64,000 bases of DNA from Balneolales bacterium (GCA_040878085.1 JBBDMU010000028.1:22681-86680), one strand, 5' to 3'. Numbered from the stretch's first letter, positions 1-9,025 are shown. Made by a program: numbers and translations. Notes: generated by a model not told the origin, from the letters alone.

Positions 1-2
1 GG

Positions 3-122
3 GATATCATGCTCAAGGGAAGCGGTCTGGCTTTTCTCTGGGAAGAAACACTCATCCTGATGGGCATCACTTTGTTCTTTATCGGCTTGAGCCTGAAGAA
101 ATTTAACGTGAGGCTGCAATGA
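3..122 (+). CDS. ABC-2 family transporter permease, C-terminal end (gene begins left of window)
   Basis: Open frame from the window edge reads DIMLKGSGLAFLWEETLILMGITLFFIGLSLKKFNVRLQ*. It has a hydrophobic terminal helix. Its TGA overlaps the next ATG (ATGA at 119-122), a typical tandem-permease layout. Confidence 0.45.
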   Translation, partial: DIMLKGSGLAFLWEETLILMGITLFFIGLSLKKFNVRLQ

Positions 123-1249
123 GAACCATTCGCTTTTTATTGCAAAAAGAATTCCTTCAAATCTTCCGCAACAAAGCCATGCTGCCTATTCTGTTTGTGA
201 TGCCGGTGGTTCAGCTGCTCGTACTTTCCTTCGCGGCCACCTACCAACTTAAAGAAGTGGATTTCGCCCTGATAGATATGGACCAATCCACCTATTCAAG
301 GCAATTGATTGCAAAGTTTCAGGCTTCAGGATATTTCATTGCAGGATACGAAACTTTCAGCAAAGAGCAGGCTCTTGAGGAACTTGATAAAGGAAATGTG
401 AAGATGGTTTTGCATATCCCAGCTGATTTACAGCGGGATATGATAGCGGGCAGGCCCGCCGAAGTTCAGCTCAGCATCGATGCTGTGGATGGCAGCACAG
501 CCGGGCTGATACAGTCGTACAGTACCTCTATTATCCGCGATTTCGACCGGGAAAAGTCCGGCGAACTCCAATGGGTATCGGGTAGCCGCGAGGCTGAGCA
601 GGCGAAGGTTATCAATATTATTCCGGTGAACTGGTATAATCCTGACCTTGATTATATTACGTATATGGTACCTGGGATTCTGGTTGTGCTGGTTTCGATG
701 ATCGGGCTGTTTTTGTCGGGTATGAATATAGTAAGGGAGCAGGAAATCGGCACCATTGAGCAGCTGAATGTTACGCCCATCAAAAAACACCAGTTAATTA
801 TCGGGAAACTGATACCCTTTTGGGTTATCGGTATGGTGGACCTGGTCATCGGACTCGCCCTTGCACGATACGGGTTCCACATTCCGTTTCTGGGAAGCCT
901 GGTTACTATTCTTATCGTCGCAGGTATTTATCTTATCGTTGTGCAGGCGATTGGCCTGTTCATTTCTACCGTCACCCACACCCAGCAACAGGCCATGTTT
1001 ATCGCCTGGTTCATCATGGTGGTGTTTATCCTGATGGGCGGTCTGTTTACTCCAGTAGAGAGCATGCCGGTCTGGGCCCAGAACCTTACCGCAGCTAACC
1101 CCGTCGCTTATTTTATCAGCATCATGCGCATGGTCCTGTTAAAAGGGGCGGGGTGGCCGGAGATTCAAACCATGGTCGCTGTTCTTACGGGCATGGGTAT
1201 TATATTCCTGATAGTATCGATAAACCGCTACAGCAAAACCTCGGCGTGA
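119..1249 (+). CDS. ABC-2 family transporter permease
   Basis: 376-aa ORF. It has an N-terminal TM helix (MLPILFVMPVVQLLVLSF), a long loop, then about five C-terminal TM helices. This is ABC-2/YhhJ-like permease architecture. No ATPase gene is in the window. Confidence 0.85.
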   Translation: MRTIRFLLQKEFLQIFRNKAMLPILFVMPVVQLLVLSFAATYQLKEVDFALIDMDQSTYSRQLIAKFQASGYFIAGYETFSKEQALEELDKGNVKMVLHIPADLQRDMIAGRPAEVQLSIDAVDGSTAGLIQSYSTSIIRDFDREKSGELQWVSGSREAEQAKVINIIPVNWYNPDLDYITYMVPGILVVLVSMIGLFLSGMNIVREQEIGTIEQLNVTPIKKHQLIIGKLIPFWVIGMVDLVIGLALARYGFHIPFLGSLVTILIVAGIYLIVVQAIGLFISTVTHTQQQAMFIAWFIMVVFILMGGLFTPVESMPVWAQNLTAANPVAYFISIMRMVLLKGAGWPEIQTMVAVLTGMGIIFLIVSINRYSKTSA

Positions 1250-1257
1250 TGTAAGGA

Positions 1258-1662
1258 CTATTGTTGTTCGGTGATTTCGGAGGTGTTGACCACTGCATTT
1301 GCCAGCCCTTCGCTCAGGTATTGAATCATCAGGGTGTTCAGTGAAACGCCTTCCTCCTGAGCTCGGGAGGATAATCGGGCATGCAGGGATTTGGGTAACC
1401 GTGCACGTATCTGGCCGCTGTAATCCTTAAGGGTTATGGGTTCGGGTAAGGTTTTGTTTTCCTGATGGTAGGTCTCTATGAACAACTCCAGGGCAACTCT
1501 TGCTTCCTGCACCGCCTCTTCAGGGGTGTCTCCAAAGGCAGATAAATTTGGAAACTCGGGACATTGGGCGAGGTAGCCCTCATCTTCGCGGCTGTACTTT
1601 AGGGTGAAGCTGTATTTTGATTCGAATTTCATGTCCGGATGGTTAAAGGTTAAAATCTTCAA
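1258..1662 (-). CDS. hicB: HicB-family antitoxin with C-terminal ribbon-helix-helix segment
   Basis: 134 aa. The HicB/UPF0150-type N-domain reads FTLKYSREDEGYLAQCPEFPNLSAFGDTPEEAVQEARVALELFIE. An RHH-like tail reads RARLPKSLHARLSSRAQEEGVSLNTLMIQYLSEGL. It overlaps the hicA stop by 20 nt. Confidence 0.8.
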   Translation of the reverse strand: MKILTFNHPDMKFESKYSFTLKYSREDEGYLAQCPEFPNLSAFGDTPEEAVQEARVALELFIETYHQENKTLPEPITLKDYSGQIRARLPKSLHARLSSRAQEEGVSLNTLMIQYLSEGLANAVVNTSEITEQQ

Positions 1663-1882
1663 TAGTTTTCAGCAGTTGTTTTACCTGATAGGGCTTGGCC
1701 TGGCCTTTCCGGTCCTGAAAGTTCATGAGCACATCGTGTACGTCATGTTTCATCATTATATGCGACCCCCTCCGGCGAACTTCTACAAAACCATGGTGTT
1801 CTGCCAATTTTACCAGTTCCTTGAACATAAAGTTAGTGGCAGAACTATTTGCTTTCTCCAGTAATTTCTCTTTTTTACCCAT
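1643..1882 (-). CDS. hicA: HicA-family toxin (mRNA interferase)
   Basis: 79 aa with HicA hallmarks (FKELVKLAEHHGFVEVRRRGSHIMMKH, conserved G-S-H). It lies directly upstream of hicB and overlaps it. Confidence 0.8.
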   Translation of the reverse strand: MGKKEKLLEKANSSATNFMFKELVKLAEHHGFVEVRRRGSHIMMKHDVHDVLMNFQDRKGQAKPYQVKQLLKTIEDFNL

Positions 1883-2131
1883 ATAACGGCTCTGGTAGGT
1901 ACCATATTTGGAACCAATATATCAAAAAATGTTTAGGATTCTAGTGTCGCTTCACCTATAAAAGATATTTCCTTATATTGATACTATAGGGGCAACTTCC
2001 AAATCAAATAAAATCAAATGGCTGCAAATGCCATTCAACTTCTTTCCCATTTGTCTAATTTTGGCAAAAGACTTGATAACCGGGAAGAAAAGTTTTCGTG
2101 GGCTTGTTTAGTAAATTAACTAACGAAACTT

Positions 2132-2353
2132 ATGTACTAAAAATGTATACGCCTGGGAGAGTCCATTGAAAAACGTCTGGATGAGCTGGCTAAGCTCACT
2201 AATCGTACAAAAACTTTTTATATTCGTCAGGCCCTGGAAGAAAAGCTTGATGAAGTGGAGGATCTATATGTCGCTGAGCAACGTCTAGAGAAACCCGAGG
2301 GAGTTCGCTGGAGTCTGGAACAGTTAGAAAAGGGCGATGACCTGGAAGATTGA
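2132..2353 (+). pseudogene. RelB/ParD/CopG-type RHH antitoxin with disrupted N-terminus
   Basis: The in-frame read is KCIRLGESIEKRLDELAKLTNRTKTFYIRQALEEKLDEVEDLYVAEQRLEKPEGVRWSLEQLEKGDDLED*. ATG2132-TAC-TAA stops at codon 3. ATG2143 is one nt out of frame (extra T at 2146); without that T it would read MIRLGESIEKRL. The stop overlaps the toxin ATG. Confidence 0.5.
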
Positions 2354-2610
2354 GTTTGACGAACGAGCCCGCAAGGAACTACGGAAATTAGATCAGCAAT
2401 CCCAGGATCGAATTCTTAAATGGATCAGAAATAACCTTGCCACCAATGAAGATCCACGGGAGAATCGGCCTTTCATTAAAAGGGCGATTGAAAGGGTTAT
2501 GGCGCTATCGGATAGGAAATTATAGAATTATTGGTCAGATTCGGGATAACAATATGATCATCCTGATCATTAAAATTGGACATCGTAGAGATGTTTATGG
2601 AGATCAATGA
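2337..2610 (+). pseudogene. RelE/ParE-family toxin, frameshifted
   Basis: The first frame reads MTWKIEFDERARKELRKLDQQSQDRILKWIRNNLATNEDPR and then becomes nonsense. The +1 frame continues RIGLSLKGRLKGLWRYRIGNYRIIGQIRDNNMIILIIKIGHRRDVYGDQ* (stop 2608-2610), which is the canonical RelE/ParE C-terminus. One extra G in the GGG run 2458-2460 separates the two halves. Confidence 0.7.
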
Positions 2611-2740
2611 CTCCTAGCCTGCCCAAATGAATAAGAAGCCTTGGATTCAAACAGTGAAATCGAGAAAAATGCCTGGGTAGGAAGTTATTAGGAAATTGTT
2701 ATATTGTTTAAATTACTTAAAATATATTATTTATAACAAT

Positions 2741-4699
2741 ATGTGCTTTCAGCCGCAAGATATAAGAATTTTCCTCACTATTTCATTAATCGCAATACTG
2801 GCACAAGTAACGCCCGCGCAGGCTATCCAGGACGGGACGCTGATGGGGATCGAAGTCGCCCCGCGTTCCTTTTTTGATGCCACTCCTACCGACTTTCACG
2901 ATTTGAACGGGAAAGCCATTTTCACGGCCTCAAGTCAGGTAATTTGGGTAAGCGACGGCCACGAAGAGAATACCATAAAGATTGAATTCGAAGGATGGGA
3001 TGAAGTAGACCTTTATGCTGACCGTGTGGCTGCTTTAGACAGCCTGTTTTATTTTCCGGTTCAGGATGCGGAGGGTAACTGGAATATTTGGGCAACCAAT
3101 GGCACCCACGAAGGAACGCGGGAAATTGCAAACGGTGCCCAGGCTGGTTTTTTCAATATCAGATCCATGACCACCTATGGCAGGCGCGTAGCATTTATTT
3201 CCTATGTAGCCGAACAGCAAAAAGACCGCCTGTTTCTGATCAACGAAGATGGCAGTGGAGCAACCATGGTCGACGGGGTGAGCAGAGTCTATAACGGAGG
3301 CACACCCCCTCGTATGGTTGACCTAAACAACACCTTATACATCACCGAATCAGACGGGCAGGAACGGATCTTAAAACGCGTTAGCGAAGAGGGTACCGTA
3401 AGCGAAGCCTGGCGGATGCCCGATGCAAAAGGTACTCAAAACAAAAGCATTCATGGCCTGGCTGTTGCAGGAAGCAGGATCTTTTTTACAGGAAATGACG
3501 GAGATGGTCTTGCGCTTTGGGCTTATCATGACGGGTCGGGCTCCAGGATGTTTAGCCCTGACCCGGATGATGAAGAAAATTTCCGGGTGGCTAATTTAAC
3601 TGCGGTGGGTGAGCTGGCTTATTTCTTTTCCCGGCCCTGGAACGAGGACGTCAATGACTTTTCCAACAATTATCAACTTTATGTGACAGACGGCACGCCC
3701 GGCGGCACCCACCGCATCTGGAAAGAAGAACTTGGAGACGGCCCCGATGCCCATAACGCCCTGAACACGCCCACCGTCGTGGCCGGAGACCGTTTCCTCT
3801 TTGTAGTAGACTACTCGTGGTATAGCGCCCAGGGGAATTCCGCCAGTATCCAGCCGGTTGAGGCAGGAGGCAAAGCCTTCGGCCATGCCAGCAGCTTAAG
3901 CGATCCGGTGAACGTTAAGAACGGGGTGTGGCTGGCTACTAATTCCGACCTGGCATTTATAGGCGCCACAAGCGAAGAGTCTTTTATCGTAGGCCCGGAA
4001 GACATGGTGTATATGAGGAGTCTCGGGGCTGTGGATGATATGCCCTGGTTTGCAGCCCGAATCAGTGGTCGTCTAAATAGCACGGTTTGGCGGGTGGGCA
4101 TTGAAGCTGCAGCAGCTCCTGTTAAGGTAGCCTCCACCTCACCCGAGGCCGGGCAAACAGACGTGGACCTCCTGCCTGATTTTGCATGGACGGAAACGGA
4201 CCCTGCCGACTTCTATCACCTGCAGGTGTCCACTGGGGATTCATTCTCCGAGCTGATCGTCGACACCGCCTCCATCGCCGGAACGACATTTACCCTTGAG
4301 GAGCCCCTGGAAGAAAACACCAAATACTGGTATAGGGTTCGTGCGGAAAACGAAACAGCATCCGGGGAGTGGAGTGATGCCCTAAGTTTCACCACCAAAA
4401 CGCTGACCGGGCTGAACACCGATGATGCCCTGCCTGTGCGGGTCGCTCTGGATCAGAACTATCCCAATCCGTTTAACCCCGCCACGGTGATAGGCTATCA
4501 ACTGCCCGAGCAAAGCCAGGTGCACCTGGCCGTCTACGACCTGCTGGGCCGCCGCGTGGCCGTGCTGGTGGCGGGTGAGGTTGCAGCGGGAAGGCATCAG
4601 GTGCGCTTTGAGGCCGGGGAGCTGGCTTCGGGTATTTATGTATACCGGCTGAGGGCGGGGGAGAAGGTCATTAACAGGAAGCTGATGTTTGTCAGGTGA
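2741..4699 (+). CDS. secreted ELWxxDGT-repeat protein with FN3-like domain and T9SS C-terminal sorting domain
   Basis: Start moved to ATG2741, giving the signal peptide MCFQPQDIRIFLTISLIAILAQVTPAQA. Repeated W-x-(S/T)-(D/N)-G-T motifs are present (VIWVSDGHEENT, NIWATNGTHEGT, QLYVTDGTPGGT). The FN3-like segment reads YHLQVSTGDSF...YWYRVRAENETASGEWS. The C-terminus NYPNPFNPATVIGYQL...GIYVYRL is a T9SS CTD signature. Confidence 0.8.
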   Translation: MCFQPQDIRIFLTISLIAILAQVTPAQAIQDGTLMGIEVAPRSFFDATPTDFHDLNGKAIFTASSQVIWVSDGHEENTIKIEFEGWDEVDLYADRVAALDSLFYFPVQDAEGNWNIWATNGTHEGTREIANGAQAGFFNIRSMTTYGRRVAFISYVAEQQKDRLFLINEDGSGATMVDGVSRVYNGGTPPRMVDLNNTLYITESDGQERILKRVSEEGTVSEAWRMPDAKGTQNKSIHGLAVAGSRIFFTGNDGDGLALWAYHDGSGSRMFSPDPDDEENFRVANLTAVGELAYFFSRPWNEDVNDFSNNYQLYVTDGTPGGTHRIWKEELGDGPDAHNALNTPTVVAGDRFLFVVDYSWYSAQGNSASIQPVEAGGKAFGHASSLSDPVNVKNGVWLATNSDLAFIGATSEESFIVGPEDMVYMRSLGAVDDMPWFAARISGRLNSTVWRVGIEAAAAPVKVASTSPEAGQTDVDLLPDFAWTETDPADFYHLQVSTGDSFSELIVDTASIAGTTFTLEEPLEENTKYWYRVRAENETASGEWSDALSFTTKTLTGLNTDDALPVRVALDQNYPNPFNPATVIGYQLPEQSQVHLAVYDLLGRRVAVLVAGEVAAGRHQVRFEAGELASGIYVYRLRAGEKVINRKLMFVR

Positions 4700-4872
4700 G
4701 ATGGGGAGTGGTTAAGTGAGCAGCATAAAGCGCAAAATGAATTCTGGCCTCATCACGGAAGTTTGTAAAAAAGGTGACAAATAACACTCAAAACGGGTTA
4801 CGTGATGCAGTTTCGGGTTGCGGGTTTTGGTGCTTTTGGACCGTTAAGTTCCCAAAATAGCCGTTATTCTTC

Positions 4873-4986
4873 CTACTTTTGTGATTTGGCAAATTTTACG
4901 TGGCTTCCTTTCTGGCTGACCTCTTGAAATCCAGCTTTTCTTAATTTTCGGGCGACTTCCCGATAGGGTAATCCTTTAGGAGGCAT
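4873..4986 (-). pseudogene. hicA: HicA-family toxin, C-terminally truncated (37 aa)
   Basis: From the internal ATG4986 it reads MPPKGLPYREVARKLRKAGFQEVSQKGSHVKFAKSQK*. The N-terminal HicA half, including G-S-H, is present. The usual 25-35 C-terminal residues are missing. The ATG lies inside the 3' end of hicB (11-nt overlap). Confidence 0.5.
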
Positions 4987-5182
4987 TATGATCAATATCC
5001 AATTGACGGATCTCTGGGATGACGGTAGCATGTGGATCTTCGAAATGAAGCTCCAGTGCCTCACGCAGATTCTCCAATGCTTTTCCTTTGGTCCTTGCCT
5101 GACTGGCTACATCAACTTCTATACACCGTGCGACATACAGGTTGCCTTCTTTCGTTATACTTGCGCTAAAAGTTTTTTTCAT
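4976..5182 (-). CDS. hicB: HicB-like antitoxin (single UPF0150-type domain)
   Basis: 68 aa reading MKKTFSASITKEGNLYVARCIEVDVASQARTKGKALENLREALELHFED, the HicB N-domain pattern. It is directly coupled to the truncated hicA. Confidence 0.7.
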   Translation of the reverse strand: MKKTFSASITKEGNLYVARCIEVDVASQARTKGKALENLREALELHFEDPHATVIPEIRQLDIDHNAS

Positions 5183-5820
5183 AGTTGGTTATTTTAATAC
5201 AGAAAATATCAGCGTAAAATCCTCAAGATGCAAGCTATGCCGTCTACCTGGAAGAAATTTATAAATCGGAAACGCTTATTTATCCCTGATAGTTCTCAAA
5301 ATCTACTTTTGTGGCTTATGATGCATTATGCCAGGCCGGCTGCAGGAAACGAAGCCGAAATGTTCTTAAAACGCAGAGTTCAAATTACACACTCTTATGA
5401 TTTCCGCGATGATTCCTCTGTAAGGGATATCATTCGATTAATAAACTCTCCTTCGGCTGTATGAAACCGTTTCATTTTTTCTTCTTTATTCAGATCCTCT
5501 GCATTGCAAAAAGAGAGGTCCACACCATCTATAGCAAATGACGTATGATTTATCCCCATACCAAATAAAGAGGCGCTTTTTGATTTCTCATATATTTTTG
5601 GAGAGGCATTTAAAGGATATAATAGCCCCCCACAAGTTACTTTGCCCTTCTGAAGGTAATAGGAGTGACTTTAGGTACAGCTCCCATATCTCGGCCATAT
5701 CTATGAAAAAGGAATAGCCTTGATTCGCGGTATCTTTTTTTTCCCGGAACGGACGGCTCTTTATGATATCCCAGGAGAAGTCAATAATTGTTTTCCAATT
5801 CCGATAAATGGCCTTTAGCT

Positions 5821-6009
5821 TTATCGCCTTGTAATCGTGCCTTCATCGTCATAAACAAACGTTTCCGATCCGGGGATATACACATCTCTCATGTCATCCA
5901 ACTTCGACTCCCAAAAATATCTGTCGACGAAGTCATGTGCCTGTACTGACGCATCAAGCCAGATGCTTAATACCTGATCCATATCAGTACTGGTAAATTC
6001 ACGTATCAT
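5821..6009 (-). pseudogene. GNAT-family N-acetyltransferase, N-terminal fragment only
   Basis: From ATG6009 it reads MIREFTSTDMDQVLSIWLDASVQAHDFVDRYFWESKLDDMRDVYIPGSETFVYDDEGTITRR*. This matches only the first ~60 aa of small GNAT enzymes. The acetyl-CoA-binding half is absent and no frame continues it. Confidence 0.5.
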
Positions 6010-6399
6010 TTGATTCAGTCCGGTTTCAAGAGATATTTTGATCCTGGCATTCAGCTTTGTAAATATGTAACCCTGGTATTCCAATCCCAAATGAGTGTAT
6101 AACATATGTTATGTCGGCACTGTTGAAATTACGGCTATAAAATATATTTTATTTTCAATACATAAAATAAAATGGAGAATGATTATGCAATTAGGAGCCC
6201 GATAAATTACCAGTATTATCTGGTAAAAAACTGTTTGGTAAACATTCCCAGTGCTAAGGACTCAAATTATTAGGTTAAGTTTAATCTAAATCCCCGGCAT
6301 CAAGTCCAACATGCCATTAGAGTTTGCATGCCATTTTAAAAAGCAGTATTTAGGTATTACTATTAAACCCTGAATAATCACCCTATTTGCCATCGACCC

Positions 6400-7302
6400 A
6401 TGAGCCAACAGCAAGTGGAGGAAATCCTACACGATAAATACCTGCCCTTCACGGAGGGGGAGCTCAAGGAGCATTTCGTCGAAAAGATGCAGGGCGATAC
6501 ATCCAACCTGAGCCGGCATACCGATTACTTCAAGAACAGCATCGGGCGGTACCGACAATTTGACGGCGTCAACGCACTAGCAACCGGGGATGTGAAGACG
6601 GTGCGGCAGATTGAGAAGGATGAGCGGTTCTGGACGGTGGCGGCTTTGATGACGATGTATCATAGCCACAGCGATATACGGGACACCGGTTTCATCCAGA
6701 TGCTCGCCGGGGCCTTTGGCCCGACTCCTCCGCTGGCCAGCTTCAGCAGCTGGGAGGAGTGCCTGGCCGGGGATGTGCAGCTGTATTTCGAGCCCAACCT
6801 GCCCTCACCGCCTTGTTACCGGGAATGGCTGCAACAGAACCTGGACCATCCGATTCCCTACGTCAGGGAAGGCGCTCAAAACAAAAAGGGTGAGAACCGG
6901 GCCAACCTGGAAGGGGCCACCAACGTGGACGCCCTGCTGATCAACGCATCCAACGGTTTTGCCGTGCTGATCGAGGCCAAGGTGCTCTCGGACATCTCCT
7001 GCCAGGTATCCTACGATATCAAACGAAACCAGATCGCCCGCAACCTGGATGTGATGCTCCATAGCGATGATACGATGACGTCTCCGCTAAATAAGAGAAG
7101 TCCCGGGAACTCCCTGTTTATGCTGCTTACTCCGCAGACATTCAAAGACAACCCGCATGCGCGGTTTTACGGGTATAAGTTCCGGGAATATGCGACGGAC
7201 CCGCGTGCTTTGGCCAATGATTTGCCTCATCGCGGGATAGAAGAGTTGGAAGGCCTGGGCAGGCGGATGGTGGGCGAGCTGGGAGGGCTTGAAAGGGATT
7301 AA
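6400..7302 (+). CDS. uncharacterised protein with PD-(D/E)xK nuclease-like motif
   Basis: 300-aa GC-rich ORF. Residues 177-194 read D-ALLINASNGFAVLI-E-A-K (nt 6928-6981), preceded by the acidic helix KDERFWTVAAL. I cannot name a family. It is co-oriented with gajA and lies 94 nt upstream of it. Confidence 0.5.
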   Translation: MSQQQVEEILHDKYLPFTEGELKEHFVEKMQGDTSNLSRHTDYFKNSIGRYRQFDGVNALATGDVKTVRQIEKDERFWTVAALMTMYHSHSDIRDTGFIQMLAGAFGPTPPLASFSSWEECLAGDVQLYFEPNLPSPPCYREWLQQNLDHPIPYVREGAQNKKGENRANLEGATNVDALLINASNGFAVLIEAKVLSDISCQVSYDIKRNQIARNLDVMLHSDDTMTSPLNKRSPGNSLFMLLTPQTFKDNPHARFYGYKFREYATDPRALANDLPHRGIEELEGLGRRMVGELGGLERD

Positions 7303-7396
7303 TGGGGATTGTTGTGGGTGGTTGGGAAAGGAAAATAGCAGATCATGATTGATGGTATCTGTTGATGCTAATTTTACATATTAAGGTTTATAACAA

Positions 7397-9025
7397 TTGA
7401 GAATTAACAAGATATACATTGAAAATTATAAAAGGTATAAAGGTAAGTTTGAGCTTACATTAAACCCCGAAATCAATATTCTTGTTGGGAATAATGAAGC
7501 AGGGAAATCAACAATCCTAGAAGCTATACATCTTGTATTAACAGGATTATTAAATGGCAGATATCTTAGGACTGAGCTTACACAATACTTGTTTAATAAT
7601 GAAATTGAAGCGGAATACATTAACAGCCTAAATGATCCTAACATTAGTACACTTCCGCCGCCACATATATTAATCGAGGCTTATTTCGAAACAGAACAAT
7701 ACCCATTACTAGAAGGAAATGGAAATAGTGATAGGAGAAAAGCATGTGGTGTATTGCTTAAGATCGAGTTTGACGACGAGTACCAAGCGGAATACGATGA
7801 GTTGATTCAGCAAAGTGTTCGATCCATTCCTATTGAATATTACAAAGTAACCTGGAAATCATTTGCCAGAGATAGTGTTACTGGGCGAAGTATACCTATG
7901 AAGTCTGTCATAATTGACTCTTCTGGAAACAAATATACTAATGGCTCAGATATATACATTTCCAGAATAATTCGGGGTGAGCTAGAAGATACAGATAAGG
8001 TTGCTGTTTCACAGGCTTATAGGAAAATGAAAGAGAGTTTTGCCGAAGATCAATCAATCATAACAGTTAATTCTAAAATTAATGATGTCATTACTCTTTC
8101 AGATAGTAAAACTGTCTCAGTTTCTGTTGACCTAGCTACAAAAGATGCTTGGGAAGCTGGATTGACAACCTACCTTGATAATGTTCCTTTTCAACATATT
8201 GGTAGAGGAGAACAATCTATCATAAAGACTAAACTCGCTCTGGGTAGTACTTCATCTATAAAGGCCGGAGCTATCTTGATAGAAGAACCTGAAAATCATC
8301 TTGGCCACAGCAAACTAAATGAGTTTATTAAAAGTATCCGTGATAATTGTGATGGGAAGCAGATAATAATTTCGACTCATAGTAGCTTCGTTGCTAATAA
8401 GTTGGGACTTAAATATTTGCTTTTACTTGATAATCAAAAAATCGCACGATTTAATGAACTTTCCCAAGAGACACAAGATTTTTTTGATAAGCTACCTGGC
8501 TATCAAACATTAAGACTTCTTCTTTGTCATAAGGCAATCTTAGTAGAGGGCGATTCTGATGAGTTAATCTTTCAAAAGGCATTTATGGATACCCATAATG
8601 ATGTATTGCCGATTGAAAAATTAATTGATGTAATCTCTGTGAAGTTAACCTTTAAAAGATTTCTGCAAATTGCTAAACTAATAGAAAAACCAGTTGCTGT
8701 TGTTACAGATAACGATGGCAATTATGCTCAAACAATAGAAAAGAAGTATGAGGAATTTGATGGCATTGGCAAAATCAGAGTGTTCGCAGATGATAATAAT
8801 GAACTAAATACATTAGAGCCACAATTTGTAGATGCTAACTCTGAACAGTTAGAGAAATTATGTGAAGTTATTGATATTAGTTATTCGGCATATAATACGA
8901 AAGAAAAGATAATTGAATATATGGAGAGTAATAAAACCAAGTGGGCTTTGGCTGTGTTTAAATCAATTGAAAAACTTAACTACCCAAGCTACATAAATAA
9001 TGCAGTAAAATGGTGTGATGAATAA
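7397..9025 (+). CDS. gajA: OLD-family ATPase/Toprim endonuclease, GajA-like (Gabija)
   Basis: 542 aa with a TTG start. It has Walker A GNNEAGKST, Walker B-like ILIEEPENHL and an H-loop IISTHSS. The C-terminal Toprim has AILVEGDSDELIF and AVVTDNDGN. A UvrD-like helicase gene follows directly. Confidence 0.8.
   Translation: MRINKIYIENYKRYKGKFELTLNPEINILVGNNEAGKSTILEAIHLVLTGLLNGRYLRTELTQYLFNNEIEAEYINSLNDPNISTLPPPHILIEAYFETEQYPLLEGNGNSDRRKACGVLLKIEFDDEYQAEYDELIQQSVRSIPIEYYKVTWKSFARDSVTGRSIPMKSVIIDSSGNKYTNGSDIYISRIIRGELEDTDKVAVSQAYRKMKESFAEDQSIITVNSKINDVITLSDSKTVSVSVDLATKDAWEAGLTTYLDNVPFQHIGRGEQSIIKTKLALGSTSSIKAGAILIEEPENHLGHSKLNEFIKSIRDNCDGKQIIISTHSSFVANKLGLKYLLLLDNQKIARFNELSQETQDFFDKLPGYQTLRLLLCHKAILVEGDSDELIFQKAFMDTHNDVLPIEKLIDVISVKLTFKRFLQIAKLIEKPVAVVTDNDGNYAQTIEKKYEEFDGIGKIRVFADDNNELNTLEPQFVDANSEQLEKLCEVIDISYSAYNTKEKIIEYMESNKTKWALAVFKSIEKLNYPSYINNAVKWCDE

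Noticed and set aside
4700-4890. Rescue of full-length hicA by a frameshift near 4880 (alternative frame ...ANHKSRKNNGYFGNLTVQKHQNPQPETASRNPF*)
   Set aside because: The alternative frame mostly translates the CA-rich simple-sequence element. It lacks the conserved HicA C-terminal pattern, so truncation is more likely than a simple indel.
5228-5464. 78-aa plus-strand ORF
   Set aside because: No recognisable features. It lies in the decayed region opposite the gene remnants and is probably a chance ORF.
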